In this document: positions 49,513-61,788 of the stretch, piece after piece
Layout: each line of letters begins with the position of its first letter
Numbering within the stretch: position 1 is the stretch's first letter
From: Longimicrobiales bacterium
GTDB lineage: Bacteria; Gemmatimonadota; Gemmatimonadetes; Longimicrobiales; Gaopeijiaceae
Assembly (NCBI GenBank): GCA_963664435.2
Contig: CAXXKM010000003.1
Span: 224,001 to 288,000, forward strand
Reading direction: 5' to 3'
DNA: 64,000 nt
Made by a program: the position numbers and the translations under genes
The notes under the pieces: generated by a model
What the model was told of the DNA's origin: nothing
What the model saw: only the letters and a program-made list of their open reading frames with translations
The model's database searches: none

Positions 49513-50255
49513 CAGGCTGAAGTGATCCGGCCGAAGCGGCGGTCACGGCGCTGGTAGTCCAGGACCGCCGCAAGGAAGTCGTCCCTGGAGAAGTCCGGCC
49601 ACAGCACGGGGGTGATGTGGATCTCCGAGTAGGCAATCTGCCACAGCATGAAGTTGGAAATCCTGCATTCTCCGGAAGTCCGGATGAGGAGGTCGGGATC
49701 GGGGATGCCGCTCGTCAGCAGCGACCCCTCCAGGCACGCTTCGTCGATCTCGTCGGGTTCCAGCTCTCCGGCCCTGACGCGCGCCGCCAGCCGGCGGACC
49801 GCGGTCAGGATGTCTTCCCTTCCGCTGTACGAGATCATCAGGTTGAGTCTGAGCGTCCTTCCCCCCTCGGTCTCGCGCATGATACGCTCCACGGCCGCAC
49901 GCGCTGAAGCCTGCATTCTGGCCAGGGTGCCGAGCACACGTACTTCGACGCCCTTCTCCACCAGCTCCGAGCGCTCCCGCTCGGCGTACGCCTTCAGGAG
50001 CGACATGAGGGCGGAAACTTCCTCCGATGGACGATTCCAGTTGTCGGTGGAAAACGCGAAGAGAGTAAGGATTTCGACGCCGGCGTCGACCGAAGCCTCG
50101 ATGGTCGTGCGTACTGCGCTCATCCCGGCCTCGTGCCCCGACTTGCGGGGCAGACCCTGCCGCCGGGCCCAGCGCCCGTTGCCGTCCATGATGACGGCGA
50201 CGTGACGGGGTATGGGACCGCTCATGTCAATCCGGGCCGGCACGTTGGACTTCAT
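49512..50255 (-). CDS. uppS: Undecaprenyl diphosphate synthase
   Basis: HVAVIMDGNGRWA, FSTDNWNRP, IRTSGE.RISNFMLWQ. Confidence 0.96.
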   Translation of the reverse strand: MKSNVPARIDMSGPIPRHVAVIMDGNGRWARRQGLPRKSGHEAGMSAVRTTIEASVDAGVEILTLFAFSTDNWNRPSEEVSALMSLLKAYAERERSELVEKGVEVRVLGTLARMQASARAAVERIMRETEGGRTLRLNLMISYSGREDILTAVRRLAARVRAGELEPDEIDEACLEGSLLTSGIPDPDLLIRTSGECRISNFMLWQIAYSEIHITPVLWPDFSRDDFLAAVLDYQRRDRRFGRITSA

Positions 50256-50257
50256 GG

Positions 50258-50809
50258 CTAGATGGCCATGACCTCCCCCTCCTTGGCCTTCATGAGCTCG
50301 TCCAGAGAAGCCACGTAGCGGTCGGTGACCTTCTGGATCTCGCTCATCATCTGGTGACCCTGGTCGTCGCTGATCTCGTGCTCCCTCATGCGACGCTTCA
50401 CCTCCCCGTTGCCCGCGCGCCGCGCATGGCGGATCGAGATCCGGGCATTCTCCGACATCTTGTGGATGATGCGCACGTATTCCCGGCGTCGTTCCTCGGT
50501 GAGCGGAGGAATCGGTACGCGGATGAGGTTGCCGTTGTTGGATGGGTTGAGTCCGAGGTTCGCCGACATGATCGCCCTCTCCACGGAAGCGAGCTGCGAC
50601 TTGTCATACGGCTGCACCACCAGCAGGCTCGCGTCGGCCGCGACCACCGTCGCGAGCTGGTTCAGGGGCATGCTGGCCCCGTAGGCGTCGACCCGGACGC
50701 TGTCCAGCAGCGCGGGGGTCGCCTTGCCGGTTCGAACCGTCGCGAACTCGCGCCGGGCAGCATCGAGCGCGGCGTCCATGCGCTCCGTGAGTTCCTCCAT
50801 GAGTCCCAT
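50258..50809 (-). CDS. frr: Ribosome recycling factor
   Basis: RTGKATP, YG..PLNQLA, PPLTEERR. Confidence 0.96.
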   Translation of the reverse strand: MGLMEELTERMDAALDAARREFATVRTGKATPALLDSVRVDAYGASMPLNQLATVVAADASLLVVQPYDKSQLASVERAIMSANLGLNPSNNGNLIRVPIPPLTEERRREYVRIIHKMSENARISIRHARRAGNGEVKRRMREHEISDDQGHQMMSEIQKVTDRYVASLDELMKAKEGEVMAI

Positions 50810-50857
50810 GACAGCCTCCCGTCCGCGTGTGGTGTTGATCGGAGAGCAAATACCCGG

Positions 50858-51580
50858 TCAGGAAACCAACGTGCCTATGCGCTCCCCCCTGATGGCGGCC
50901 CCGACCGCGCCTCTATCGCCGAGGTTGAGTACGATGATGGGCAGCTGGTTGTCCTTGCAGAGCGACACTGCCGGGGCATCCATGACCCCCAGTTCCCGGG
51001 CGATCACTTCCTGAAAGCTGATGCTCGGGATGAATCGCGCGTTCGGATCCAGGAGAGGATCGGCCGTAAAGATTCCCGCGACCTTGGTGGCCTTGATGAT
51101 CACGTCGGCTTCCATCTCGATCGCTCGAAGGGCGGCCGCGGTGTCGGTGGAAAAATACGGGTTCCCCGTGCCTCCCGCGAAGATGACCACCCGGCCCTTC
51201 TCCAGGTGGCGAATCGCTCGGCGGCGAATGTAGGGCTCCGCCAGCTTTTCCATGCGAAAAGCTGTCAGCACGCGCGTCGTTACGTCCTTGCGCTCGAGCA
51301 GATCCTGCAGCGCCAGGGCGTTGATGACGGTGGCGAGCATGCCCATGTAGTCGGCGGTGACACGGTCCATGCCCTGGCGGCTGGCCAGCGCCCCGCGCAC
51401 GATGTTGCCGCCCCCGATGACGATGCCGAGGGCCACGCCCAGTTCGGCGAGCGTTCCGATCTCGTCGGTGAGGCGGTCCACGACCGGGGGCGAGATGCCG
51501 AATCCCTCCTCTCCCGCGAGAGCCTCGCCGGAGAGCTTCAGAAGAACCCGGGAGTATCGGAATTCCGGCGAGCCGCTCAT
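50858..51580 (-). CDS. pyrH: UMP kinase
   Basis: LLKLSGEAL, GGGNI, DYMGMLAT, GTGNPYFSTD. Confidence 0.97.
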   Translation of the reverse strand: MSGSPEFRYSRVLLKLSGEALAGEEGFGISPPVVDRLTDEIGTLAELGVALGIVIGGGNIVRGALASRQGMDRVTADYMGMLATVINALALQDLLERKDVTTRVLTAFRMEKLAEPYIRRRAIRHLEKGRVVIFAGGTGNPYFSTDTAAALRAIEMEADVIIKATKVAGIFTADPLLDPNARFIPSISFQEVIARELGVMDAPAVSLCKDNQLPIIVLNLGDRGAVGAAIRGERIGTLVS

Positions 51581-51600
51581 CGTCCCGCGGGCGTTCGCCG

Positions 51601-52200
51601 TCAGCCGCGCTGCCCGATCGCGAACCTCGAAAAGCGGGCGACTTCGATCTTCTCGCCCGTCTTCGCCGATACTTCGGTCACGAGTTCGCCGATGGTCCGG
51701 GCCGTATCCTTGATGAAGGGCTGTTCCAGCAGCACCTGATCCTTGTAGAAGGCCTTGAGCTTGCCCTCGACAATCATGTCCTGGATGCGTTCCGGCTTCC
51801 CTTGAGTGCGCACCTGCTCCCGGTAGATCGCCTGTTCACGCTCGACCACGTCCTGCGGAAGGTCCTCCGCGCGCACGGCAATCGGATCCTGGGAGGCGAT
51901 GTGGAGGGCGACGTCCTTCGCCAGCGCCCGGAAGTCGTCCGTGTTGGCCACGAAATCCGTCTCGCAGTTGACCTCGACGATCACGCCCACCCTCCGGTCG
52001 AAATGGATGTAGCTGCCGATGGTTCCCTGGTTGGTGTCCCTGCCCGCCCGCTTGGAAACCTTCGCCGCGCCTCTGGCACGGAGGAGGTCGACCGCGGCCT
52101 CGAGATCCCCACCGGTCTCTTCGAGCGCGCGCTTGCAATCCATCATGCCCCCGCCGGTACGGTCGCGCAGGGCCTTCACCATCTTTGCGGGAATCGTCAT
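51601..52200 (-). CDS. tsf: Elongation factor Ts (short 199-aa form)
   Basis: LRDRTGGGMMDCK, EVNCETDFVA, LLEQPFIKD. Confidence 0.97.
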   Translation of the reverse strand: MTIPAKMVKALRDRTGGGMMDCKRALEETGGDLEAAVDLLRARGAAKVSKRAGRDTNQGTIGSYIHFDRRVGVIVEVNCETDFVANTDDFRALAKDVALHIASQDPIAVRAEDLPQDVVEREQAIYREQVRTQGKPERIQDMIVEGKLKAFYKDQVLLEQPFIKDTARTIGELVTEVSAKTGEKIEVARFSRFAIGQRG

Positions 52201-52313
52201 GTGCAGTATCCGCCTGGTGGTTGTTTCGGAGTTGCGGGGCGCGGGACCCGGTGATGATCCTTCCCCGCGACCCTGGACTGTACTTCGCTGTCCGGCATTG
52301 GCCGGAACGAGGG

Positions 52314-53336
52314 TCAGCTGGCCCGGGACGTAACCGGTTGGGGAGGCGCGCGCCTGACCCGGGACGGCGTCGGTTCGGCTTCCTTGGCGGTCGACGGCTT
52401 TGCGGGCGCTTCGGGCGAAGGCGATTCGGCCTCATCACGCTCCGGCTTTCTGACCAGCACACGGGCCTTCCTGACTCGCTTCGGCGAATCCCCGGCACCG
52501 CCGCCTTTCTGGCGTCCGACGATGACGCCCGGACGGGGCCGCCGGCGCGCGCGCCGGCGCGGGTGCTCCTCCACCGCGGCCGCCTTCTCGCCTGTTTCCG
52601 TCGAATACGTCGTGGCCTCCAGGTCCTCCACCCGACGGCGTTCCTCCTCCGGCACCTCTTCCCTGGCCTGGATGATCGCCTCGGCGATGGCGCCGCTGAT
52701 CAGGCTGACCGAGCGTATGGCGTCGTCGTTCCCCGGAATCGGGTAGGTAATGAGGTCCGGATCGGCGTTGGTGTCGGCGATGGCGATGACCGGGATGCCG
52801 AGTCGGTGGGCTTCCCTGACCGCAATCGCTTCCCGGCGCGCGTCGACCACGAAGACGGCACCCGGGAGCCGGGCCATGTCCTTCACCCCGGAAAAGTACT
52901 TCTCCAGCTTCACCCGCTCCCGCTCGAGCAGAAGGCGCTCCTTCTTGGTGTAGAACTCGAAGGCGTTTTCCTCCTGCCCCCGCTCCAGTTCCTTCAGGCG
53001 GCGGATCTGGCGCCGGATGGTCTGGAAGTTGGTGAGCATGCCACCCAGCCAGCGCTCCGTCACGAACAGGCTTAGGGACCGGGCGGCGTCCTCTTCGATG
53101 ATTCCGCGCAACTGTGGCTTGGTGCAGACGAACAGGAGGCGTTCGCCCGCAAGGACCAGTTGGCGTGCGACCTTCTGGGCCGCGATCAGCCGGTCGAAGG
53201 TCTTGCGCAGGTCGATGATGTGGATCCCGTTCCGCTCCGTGAAGATGAAGCGGCGCATCTTGGGGTTCCATCGGCGAGTCTGGTGTCCGAAATGGACCCC
53301 GGCCTCAAGCATTTGGTTCAGAGAAACCTGCTCCAT
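52314..53336 (-). CDS. rpsB: 30S ribosomal protein S2 with long C-terminal tail
   Basis: [41 protein letters not shown]. Confidence 0.97.
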   Translation of the reverse strand: MEQVSLNQMLEAGVHFGHQTRRWNPKMRRFIFTERNGIHIIDLRKTFDRLIAAQKVARQLVLAGERLLFVCTKPQLRGIIEEDAARSLSLFVTERWLGGMLTNFQTIRRQIRRLKELERGQEENAFEFYTKKERLLLERERVKLEKYFSGVKDMARLPGAVFVVDARREAIAVREAHRLGIPVIAIADTNADPDLITYPIPGNDDAIRSVSLISGAIAEAIIQAREEVPEEERRRVEDLEATTYSTETGEKAAAVEEHPRRRARRRPRPGVIVGRQKGGGAGDSPKRVRKARVLVRKPERDEAESPSPEAPAKPSTAKEAEPTPSRVRRAPPQPVTSRAS

Positions 53337-53359
53337 GCGTCTCCAGGCAGTCGTCGGGT

Positions 53360-53755
53360 TTATCGCTTGCTGAACTGGAAGCGCTTGCGGGCCTTGGGAC
53401 GGCCGGGCTTCTTGCGCTCCACCTTGCGCGGATCACGTGAGAGGAACCCGCCCTGGCGAAGCGGGCCCAGGGCGTCTTCGTCCTCTTCCACCAGCGCGCG
53501 CGCCACGCCCAGGCGGATGGCGTCGGCCTGACCGGTCACCCCGCCTCCGTGCACGCGAACAACAACGTCGAAGCGGGCGTCGGCGTCAACGACCTGCATC
53601 GGTTCGGTGGCGCGCTTGCGATGCACCAGCCGCGGAAAATAGTCGTCCAGTTCCCGGCCGTTGACCAGCCAGCTTCCGGTCCCCGGCCGCAGCATGATGC
53701 GCGCGACGCTGGTCTTGCGCCGGCCTACCGCCTGGATCTGCTGTACGTATGGCAA
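53360..53755 (-). CDS. rpsI: 30S ribosomal protein S9
   Basis: [39 protein letters not shown] start inferred. Confidence 0.95.
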   Translation of the reverse strand: MPYVQQIQAVGRRKTSVARIMLRPGTGSWLVNGRELDDYFPRLVHRKRATEPMQVVDADARFDVVVRVHGGGVTGQADAIRLGVARALVEEDEDALGPLRQGGFLSRDPRKVERKKPGRPKARKRFQFSKR

Positions 53756-53769
53756 TGAACCCCTGACCC

Positions 53770-54198
53770 TCAGAACGTTAGTGGGCGCGGACGCTGCCCA
53801 TGATGGGGATGCTCGGCTCCCGCGTAGACGCGCAGCCGCCGCCGGAGCCGGCGACCCAGCCGCGCCTTCGGGAGCATGCCGCGAACGGCGCGCTCGATCA
53901 CCCGCTCGGGATACCGCTCCAGCATCGTCTTGAAGGGAATATGGCGCTCGCCGCCCATATAGCCGGAGTGACGGAAGTACGTCTTCTGCGCGGCCTTGTT
54001 GCCGGTGAGCTTCACCTGGGCGGCGTTGATCACCACCACGTTGTCTCCCGTGTCCAGGTGGGGCGTGAAGATGGGCTTGTGCTTGCCGCGCAGCACGCGT
54101 GCGATCTGCGCCGCGAGGCGCCCCAATGGCTGTTCCGCCGCATCGACGACCCACCACTGGTGCTCGATGTCGCTCGCCTTGGGCGTATATGTCTTCAC
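53770..54198 (-). CDS. rplM: 50S ribosomal protein L13
   Basis: WWVVDA, LGRLA, GKHKP.FTPH.DTGD, GMLPK. Confidence 0.97.
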   Translation of the reverse strand: MKTYTPKASDIEHQWWVVDAAEQPLGRLAAQIARVLRGKHKPIFTPHLDTGDNVVVINAAQVKLTGNKAAQKTYFRHSGYMGGERHIPFKTMLERYPERVIERAVRGMLPKARLGRRLRRRLRVYAGAEHPHHGQRPRPLTF

Positions 54199-54288
54199 GT
54201 ACGGTTCACCCGCGATTTTCCGGGGAGACGTCCCTCCGCGGCCTCGCCCTCGCGTCGAGTTCCACGGAGTAGGGCAACAAAGCAGTCA

Positions 54289-54317
54289 AGGGTATCAGAG
54301 AGGCCGCATGGTGTCAA
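54289..54317 (-). promoter_or_regulatory. Putative sigma70 promoter of the rplM superoperon (TTGACA-N17-TACCCT)
   Basis: Perfect -35 box and 17-nt spacer. Confidence 0.7.
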
Positions 54318-54336
54318 CCAGCGATCTCCGCCGCGG

Positions 54337-55131
54337 CTAGCGGACGAGCCCGCCGATCCTGCCCCAGCGCACCTCCTTCAGCCACGCGGCCTCCTCATCG
54401 GATGACGGGTCGAAGGAATAGTAGACGAACCAGGGCCGTCCGCGCACCGAATCCCGGTCGACAAACCCCCAGTAGCGTGAGTCCTCGCTGTTGTCCCGGT
54501 TGTCCCCGAGGACGAAGTAGCTGTCCTCAGGGACCCGGATCGGACCCCAGTTGTCCCGCGTCGGCCGGTAGGACGCCGGATCGCGGCCGTCGGTGAGGAA
54601 ATCCGCCTGCCACCCCATGTCGGGGTGGAACTCGTCACGCCTCGGATCGACGTGCCGGACATACGGCTCGTCATGCGCGAGGTGGTTCAGGTACAGCTTC
54701 TTGGCCCGCATCTCCAGCACATCCCCCGGCGTCCCGACCACGCGCTTCACATAGTTCTTTCCGGAGTCGTGCGGAGGCGTGAACACGATGACGTCGCCCC
54801 GCTCGAGTGCCGCGAAAGCCGGAAAGTGCAGCGATGTCCCCGGAACCCCGGCACCGTACACCGCCTTGTTGACCACCAGAAAGTCTCCCACCAGCAGGGT
54901 GTTTTCCATGGACGCGGTGGGAATCTTGAAGGCTTCCACCACAAACGCCCGGATGACCAGGAAGAGCGCGAATGCGATCAGAACCGACCGGCACCACTCC
55001 CACGCCGTCCGGGCCAGCGACTTCACGGGTCCCCCCGCCGCGGGCCCGGCGTCGCGTCCGTCATCCTTCGCCCCGTCCCCGGTCCGCAACGGATCCCCGC
55101 CCCTTGCGGGCCCGTCCCCCGACTGTCTCAC
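54337..55131 (-). CDS. lepB: Signal peptidase I
   Basis: IPTASMENTL (Ser), YVKRVVG (Lys), GDNRDNSEDSRYWG; start uncertain. Confidence 0.93.
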   Translation of the reverse strand: MRQSGDGPARGGDPLRTGDGAKDDGRDAGPAAGGPVKSLARTAWEWCRSVLIAFALFLVIRAFVVEAFKIPTASMENTLLVGDFLVVNKAVYGAGVPGTSLHFPAFAALERGDVIVFTPPHDSGKNYVKRVVGTPGDVLEMRAKKLYLNHLAHDEPYVRHVDPRRDEFHPDMGWQADFLTDGRDPASYRPTRDNWGPIRVPEDSYFVLGDNRDNSEDSRYWGFVDRDSVRGRPWFVYYSFDPSSDEEAAWLKEVRWGRIGGLVR

Positions 55132-56483
55132 GACTCCCGCTCCAGCCCGTACTTGTTGATCTTCTTGTAGAGGTTGGATCGGGGCATGCCCACCGACCGG
55201 GCGGTCTCGGTGATGTTCCAGTCGTGCTCGCGCAGCTTGTGCTCGATGAACGTCCGCTCCGCACGGTCCTTGAAATCCGCGAAGGAGGGAGAGGCCAGCA
55301 GTTCTCGGACGACCGCGCCCGGGCTGCCTCCCGAGAGCACTCGAACGTCCTTCGTCCGGATCTCGTCGCCGTCCGACAGAATCAGGAAGCGCTCCACGGC
55401 GTTGCGCAACTGGCGTACGTTGCCCGGCCAGTCCATCCCCTTGAGCCGGTTCAGCGCACCTTCCGTCAAGTGTTTTCGGGATGCCCGTCCGGTCCGCACC
55501 ATCAGCGTGGTGAAGTGCTTCACGAGCATGGGAATGTCGTCCCGTCGCTCGCGGAGCGGAGGAAGTTCGATGGGAACGACGTTGAGGCGATAGTAGAGAT
55601 CCTCGCGGAACCGGTCGTTCCTGATTTCTTCCGCAAGGTCCTTGTTGGTGGCCGCGATGACGCGCACGTCCACCCGCAGGGGCCGGGAGCCTCCCACGCG
55701 GACCACGACGCCCTCCTCGAGGACGCGCAGCACTTTTGCCTGGGCCGCGAAGGACATGTCTCCGATCTCGTCCAGGAAGAGCGTGCCGCCGTCCGCCTGC
55801 TCGAACTTCCCGGCGCGATCCGCCACCGCGCCGGTGAAGGACCCCTTCATGTGGCCGAAGAGCTCGGATTCGATGAGCTCGGAGGGGATCGCGGCGCAGT
55901 TCACTTCCACGAAAGGCCGGTCGCGCCGGTCCGAGAGCCTGTGCACCGCCCGGGCCACCAGCTCCTTCCCCGTGCCGTTTTCGCCGGTGATGAGCACGCG
56001 CGCCCGGGTCGGAGCCACCTTCTCGATGCGCATCAGCATCTGACGAATCTGGGGCGAGGAGCCGACGATTTCATATCGGCTCTCCACCTCGGTCTGAAGC
56101 GATTCGACGCTGCGCTTGAGCCCGTGCATGTCCAGAGCGTTGCGCAGGGTGACGAAGAGGCGTGCCGTGTCGAGGGGCTTCTCCAGGAAGTCGTAGGCGC
56201 CCCTGCGGGTGGCCTCCACGGCGGTATCGATGTTCCCGTGGCCGCTGATCATGATCACGGGCGTACGGGAGTCCAGCTTCCGCATCCTCGTGAGGACTTC
56301 CAGGCCGTCCATTTCCGGCATCTTGACGTCGAGAAAGACGACATCGGGGTTGTCCTCGACGAGTCGCTCGAGGCCGACGGGGCCGTTGGGCGCGACGATC
56401 ACGCGGTGCGACTCGTATTCGAAGACCTGGCGCAGGGCGCCGCTGACCGAGGCATCGTCGTCGACGATGAGGATGGTTGCCAT
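55128..56483 (-). CDS. Sigma54-dependent NtrC/NtrX-family response regulator (REC-AAA+-HTH)
   Basis: [52 protein letters not shown], Fis-type HTH. Confidence 0.93.
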   Translation of the reverse strand: MATILIVDDDASVSGALRQVFEYESHRVIVAPNGPVGLERLVEDNPDVVFLDVKMPEMDGLEVLTRMRKLDSRTPVIMISGHGNIDTAVEATRRGAYDFLEKPLDTARLFVTLRNALDMHGLKRSVESLQTEVESRYEIVGSSPQIRQMLMRIEKVAPTRARVLITGENGTGKELVARAVHRLSDRRDRPFVEVNCAAIPSELIESELFGHMKGSFTGAVADRAGKFEQADGGTLFLDEIGDMSFAAQAKVLRVLEEGVVVRVGGSRPLRVDVRVIAATNKDLAEEIRNDRFREDLYYRLNVVPIELPPLRERRDDIPMLVKHFTTLMVRTGRASRKHLTEGALNRLKGMDWPGNVRQLRNAVERFLILSDGDEIRTKDVRVLSGGSPGAVVRELLASPSFADFKDRAERTFIEHKLREHDWNITETARSVGMPRSNLYKKINKYGLERES

Positions 56484-56530
56484 GGGGCCGTGTCAGGAGC
56501 GGAGCACCGGGAATCTCGCGGGGATCGTGG

Positions 56531-57118
56531 TCATCGGGCGCCGGACTGCGCCGATTCCGCCGGCTTGAGCGCCGCGGAGGACAGGACGCTGTAGCGCGGC
56601 CCCGCGCGGGAGAGGTGACTGCGCATGAGCTCCACGGTGGTCACGTCGATGCGATGGCGGAAACCGAGGTCGGCAACCAGCGCGTCCAGTCCCCTGAAGG
56701 CGCCGGCGCCGGTCTCCGGGCTGGCGCGGCCCACGGTGATGTGAGGATGGAAGGCGCTCGTTTCCCTGTTGAAGCCCAGGCTCGCCAGCCCCCACTCCAC
56801 GTCCTGCTTGAGACACCGAAGGGCGAGAACCGGTTCGACTCCCGCCCAAAGCACCCTTGGGCGGCGAATCGTGGGAAAGGCGCCGAAACCACGGATCTCC
56901 ATCGAGAAAGGCCGGCTCTTGCCTCCGACCTCGTCGATCGCCGCCGACACGCGGGGCGTCAGGTCCGGGTGCGGGTTGCCCAGGAACTTCAGGGTCAGGT
57001 GGTACGTGGCGGGATCCAGCCAACGCACGGGCAGACCCGCTTCCCTGAGGGGTCGAGCCGCGTCGTAAACGCCTTCCTTCGCGCCATCGGACAGATTCAG
57101 CGCGATGAAAAGTCGCAT
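56531..57118 (-). CDS. thpR: RNA 2',3'-cyclic phosphodiesterase (2H family)
   Basis: MRLFIAL, two HxT motifs (HLTL, HITV), PRVLWAG. Confidence 0.9.
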   Translation of the reverse strand: MRLFIALNLSDGAKEGVYDAARPLREAGLPVRWLDPATYHLTLKFLGNPHPDLTPRVSAAIDEVGGKSRPFSMEIRGFGAFPTIRRPRVLWAGVEPVLALRCLKQDVEWGLASLGFNRETSAFHPHITVGRASPETGAGAFRGLDALVADLGFRHRIDVTTVELMRSHLSRAGPRYSVLSSAALKPAESAQSGAR

Positions 57119-57388
57119 GCGGGACTCGAAGGCGTGGGTGGCCGGAGATTGTTGCGGGAACGCGTCGCTGCGCGGCGCTTGTCGCCAAGCGGCAATCAAT
57201 GTACCGGCAACCGCAGGACCGAATCAAGGAAATCACCGTCCCGCCACGGCTCACCATCAGTGCCTATTCCCAAATCACCCCGCCGGGGGGATCTTTCTGA
57301 CGCACCCGCGCGGAACGCCGATGTTGTTGCGCGAGGAATCCCGCGGCGTCCCACGCCAGCGCCCCGAAACCATGGAATACTTCAACCG

Positions 57389-59287
<1,899 letters not shown>

Positions 59288-59343
59288 TACGGGGCACCGG
59301 AGATGCCGCAGGACCGGTTCCGCACAACATCGAGGAGACCACG

Positions 59344-60498
59344 ATGACGATGCACACAGCGAGAAGCGCCGGCGTCGAGACGGCTGCGCGCGGCAGCGTT
59401 CAGCGGGACCGGCGGCAGGCGAGGAGGACCGGGCGATCGCGGTCGTGCGGGACGGCGCCCGTCGCCGTCCTTCTGGTGGCCATCGGTCTTCTCGCCACCT
59501 CCCTTGAAGCCCAGAATCCGCCGTTCAGGTCCTATGGCGGTTCCAGCGTTTCGTTTGATGCGCGGGTGCACGCGCAGTACGAGGCGCCGACCGCCGAGGG
59601 CGCCGTCTCGTCGTTCTCCATGCGGCGCGCCTGGATCACCCTGGACGGACGCTACAACGACTTCGTCGGCGGCCGCCTCCAGTTCGAAGCCCTCCGCGGG
59701 GGGACGGTGCTGGACGCATGGCTCACGCTGAACTTCTCGGAAGCCTTCGTCCTCAACATGGGTCAGTTCAAGCGCGGAATCTCCTACTTCTGGCTGGTTC
59801 CGAACTCCGACCTGCCCCTCATCGAACGCGACGCCAGGGTGTCGGGCGTCGATGACTGCCCGGGAATCGGCGGGGTCTGTTCCTTCGGCAACCTGGCGTT
59901 CCGGCTCGGCCTGAACGGGTACGAGCCCGGGTTGCTGATGTCGGGCCGCCTCGGCAGCCGCGCGAGCTATCGCGTGACGCTCACCAACGGGGAGGGCATC
60001 GACAACCGGGATGTGAACAACTGGAAGTCGACCACCACCCAGCTGTCCTTCGACCTCACCGACGCCAGCCGTTTCGCAGCCTACGCCTCATTCGACGAGA
60101 CCCATTTCGACCACGGGTCGGCCTGGACCCCGGCGTACGGTCTGGAGTTCGAGGCAGGCACGTGGCGCGATGGAGGCCACCTGCTGCTGGGGGCTATCCG
60201 GGGGCGGAACTGGAAGGTGGGCCAGGATACCCCGTTCACGGCGCTTCAGGCGATGGGGCTCTGGTATGCTCAGCTGCCGGAAACCGCCCGATTCGAAGCC
60301 ATCGAGCCCCTGCTGCGCCTGAGTTGGGCCACCACCGCGGATGCCGATGGCGAGGACTTTTCGGGCCTCACGATCACCCCGGGATTCATGCTGTACGCGT
60401 TCGGAAAGAACGGGATATCCACCAACCTGGACATCTACCGTTCATCGCGCGACCGCACCGAGTTGTCGCTCAAGGTCCAGGCGTTCACGTACTTCTAG
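59344..60498 (+). CDS. Outer-membrane porin, OprO/OprP-like
   Basis: Signal peptide ending LEA-Q, F.MRRAWI, LDAWL, MGQFK, amphipathic beta strands, terminal Phe; GAGGAG RBS. Confidence 0.75.
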   Translation: MTMHTARSAGVETAARGSVQRDRRQARRTGRSRSCGTAPVAVLLVAIGLLATSLEAQNPPFRSYGGSSVSFDARVHAQYEAPTAEGAVSSFSMRRAWITLDGRYNDFVGGRLQFEALRGGTVLDAWLTLNFSEAFVLNMGQFKRGISYFWLVPNSDLPLIERDARVSGVDDCPGIGGVCSFGNLAFRLGLNGYEPGLLMSGRLGSRASYRVTLTNGEGIDNRDVNNWKSTTTQLSFDLTDASRFAAYASFDETHFDHGSAWTPAYGLEFEAGTWRDGGHLLLGAIRGRNWKVGQDTPFTALQAMGLWYAQLPETARFEAIEPLLRLSWATTADADGEDFSGLTITPGFMLYAFGKNGISTNLDIYRSSRDRTELSLKVQAFTYF

Positions 60499-60660
60499 CC
60501 GGCACCGAAATCGAGAGAACCGGGTGCCCGGCAACCGCCGCCGGAGCGAAGGGAAAGCGCGCGGGCTACGCGCCTGGATGGGGAAAGGGACCGGCCAGCA
60601 GGAAGCGCGTCGCGCCAGCAGGGACCGGTGGCTGGGTCGAGCCCCGGGTCCCGTAATCCT

Positions 60661-60993
60661 TCAGAAGCTCTCGATCGCCTGCTCGACGGTGTCGCGGACC
60701 GTCATGATTCGCGTAAACCCGCTGACCTCAAGAACCTCCCGGACGTGGTCCTGCACCTGGCACAGCGCGACTCCCCCACCCTGGGCACGGGTCTTCTTGA
60801 CGGCGAGAAGGAGAATGCGCAGGCCGGCGCTGCTGATGTACGACAGCTCGCCGCAATCCACGACCAGGCGGCTGGAACCGCCCTCCATGGCCTTGCTCAA
60901 CTCCTGTTCGAAGGAGGTCGCGTTTACCGAATCAACGCGGCCGCTTACGGCCGCGATCACGGCGTCCCCGGACTGACTGGCTGTGACTTTCAC
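60661..60993 (-). CDS. STAS-domain anti-anti-sigma factor (RsbV/SpoIIAA-like)
   Basis: GRVDS, VVDC..LSYISSAGLR, V.EVLEVSGF; GTG start 60993. Confidence 0.92.
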   Translation of the reverse strand: MKVTASQSGDAVIAAVSGRVDSVNATSFEQELSKAMEGGSSRLVVDCGELSYISSAGLRILLLAVKKTRAQGGGVALCQVQDHVREVLEVSGFTRIMTVRDTVEQAIESF

Positions 60994-61015
60994 CGATTTG
61001 GATCCCCTGTCGCGC

Positions 61016-61435
61016 CTACAGCGGCTGTGTGAGGGTAAGACAATTTCGATTTTTCTCGCGTCGATAGGATATGTCGTGAACGAGGTTCTTGGCAAGGTGG
61101 ATTCCGAGCCCACCGATCGGTCGCTCGTCCACGGGCAGCGTGAAATCCGGGAGCGGTGCGTCGGCAAGCGGATTGAAGGAGCTGCCGTTGTCTTCGATGC
61201 GGATTACCAGGAGGTCGTCCCCCAACCCGAAGTCGACGCGGACCCTCGGTTCCCCGCGTATTCCTTCGAAGCCGTATGAGATGACGTTGGTGAGGATTTC
61301 GTCCAGAGCCAGACAGAACCTCTGCACCACGACGTCGCTTACGCCGTTGGCCGTGGCAAAGCGCTCAAAAACCTCCACGACCCTGCGAGGCTCGTGCTGG
61401 TCCGTCCCCACATCAATCCCGAGCGTGACATCCAT
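61016..61435 (-). CDS. Anti-sigma factor/Ser kinase (RsbW-like HATPase)
   Basis: LALDEILTNVISYG, IEDNG..FNP, GGLGIHL. Confidence 0.9.
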   Translation of the reverse strand: MDVTLGIDVGTDQHEPRRVVEVFERFATANGVSDVVVQRFCLALDEILTNVISYGFEGIRGEPRVRVDFGLGDDLLVIRIEDNGSSFNPLADAPLPDFTLPVDERPIGGLGIHLAKNLVHDISYRREKNRNCLTLTQPL

Positions 61436-61788
61436 GTGTCGTTCCGCCGCTGTGTCCCCAACGACTACGCCATTCTCCTCTGTTCCACGCCTGCATCAAT
61501 GCCGACTGATTCCGCTTGCTGACGCCCCCGGATTTGCCAGCCTAACAACCTATCACGGAAGGCTCGGTTGCGCATCCCTCGACGGTCCGGGACCGCCATG
61601 ACCCGGAGGCGAAGCGAAACAGAACCGGACCTCCGGCAATCCCGGGACGCAGGCAAGCAACGTTCGTTGTTGCCAACGGGCTCGCAACGAGTAGTTTTGG
61701 GCGACGCCAACGCCCGATCAGACTCCCGCGCCGGACCGACGCCGGCCCAGCGGAAGGAATCGGGATCCCTGCCCTCCCGGGAGGACGT

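Noticed and set aside
56477..57388. ORF track shows fhs as 936 aa, the size of trifunctional eukaryotic C1-THF synthase
   Set aside because: The extra N-terminal region is antisense to thpR plus intergenic DNA and has no FolD motifs; the real start is about 57389.
57119..57388. Possible ZTP or THF riboswitch upstream of fhs
   Set aside because: I could not find the conserved ZTP elements (GACTGGCG...GTGG..CCAC.GGG...GCCTGGGC) or a THF aptamer core by eye; an Infernal scan would settle it.
61600..61660. c-di-GMP-I riboswitch resemblance (GGGACGCA)
   Set aside because: Lacks the GGCAAACC and GCAAAGC context; only a short chance match.
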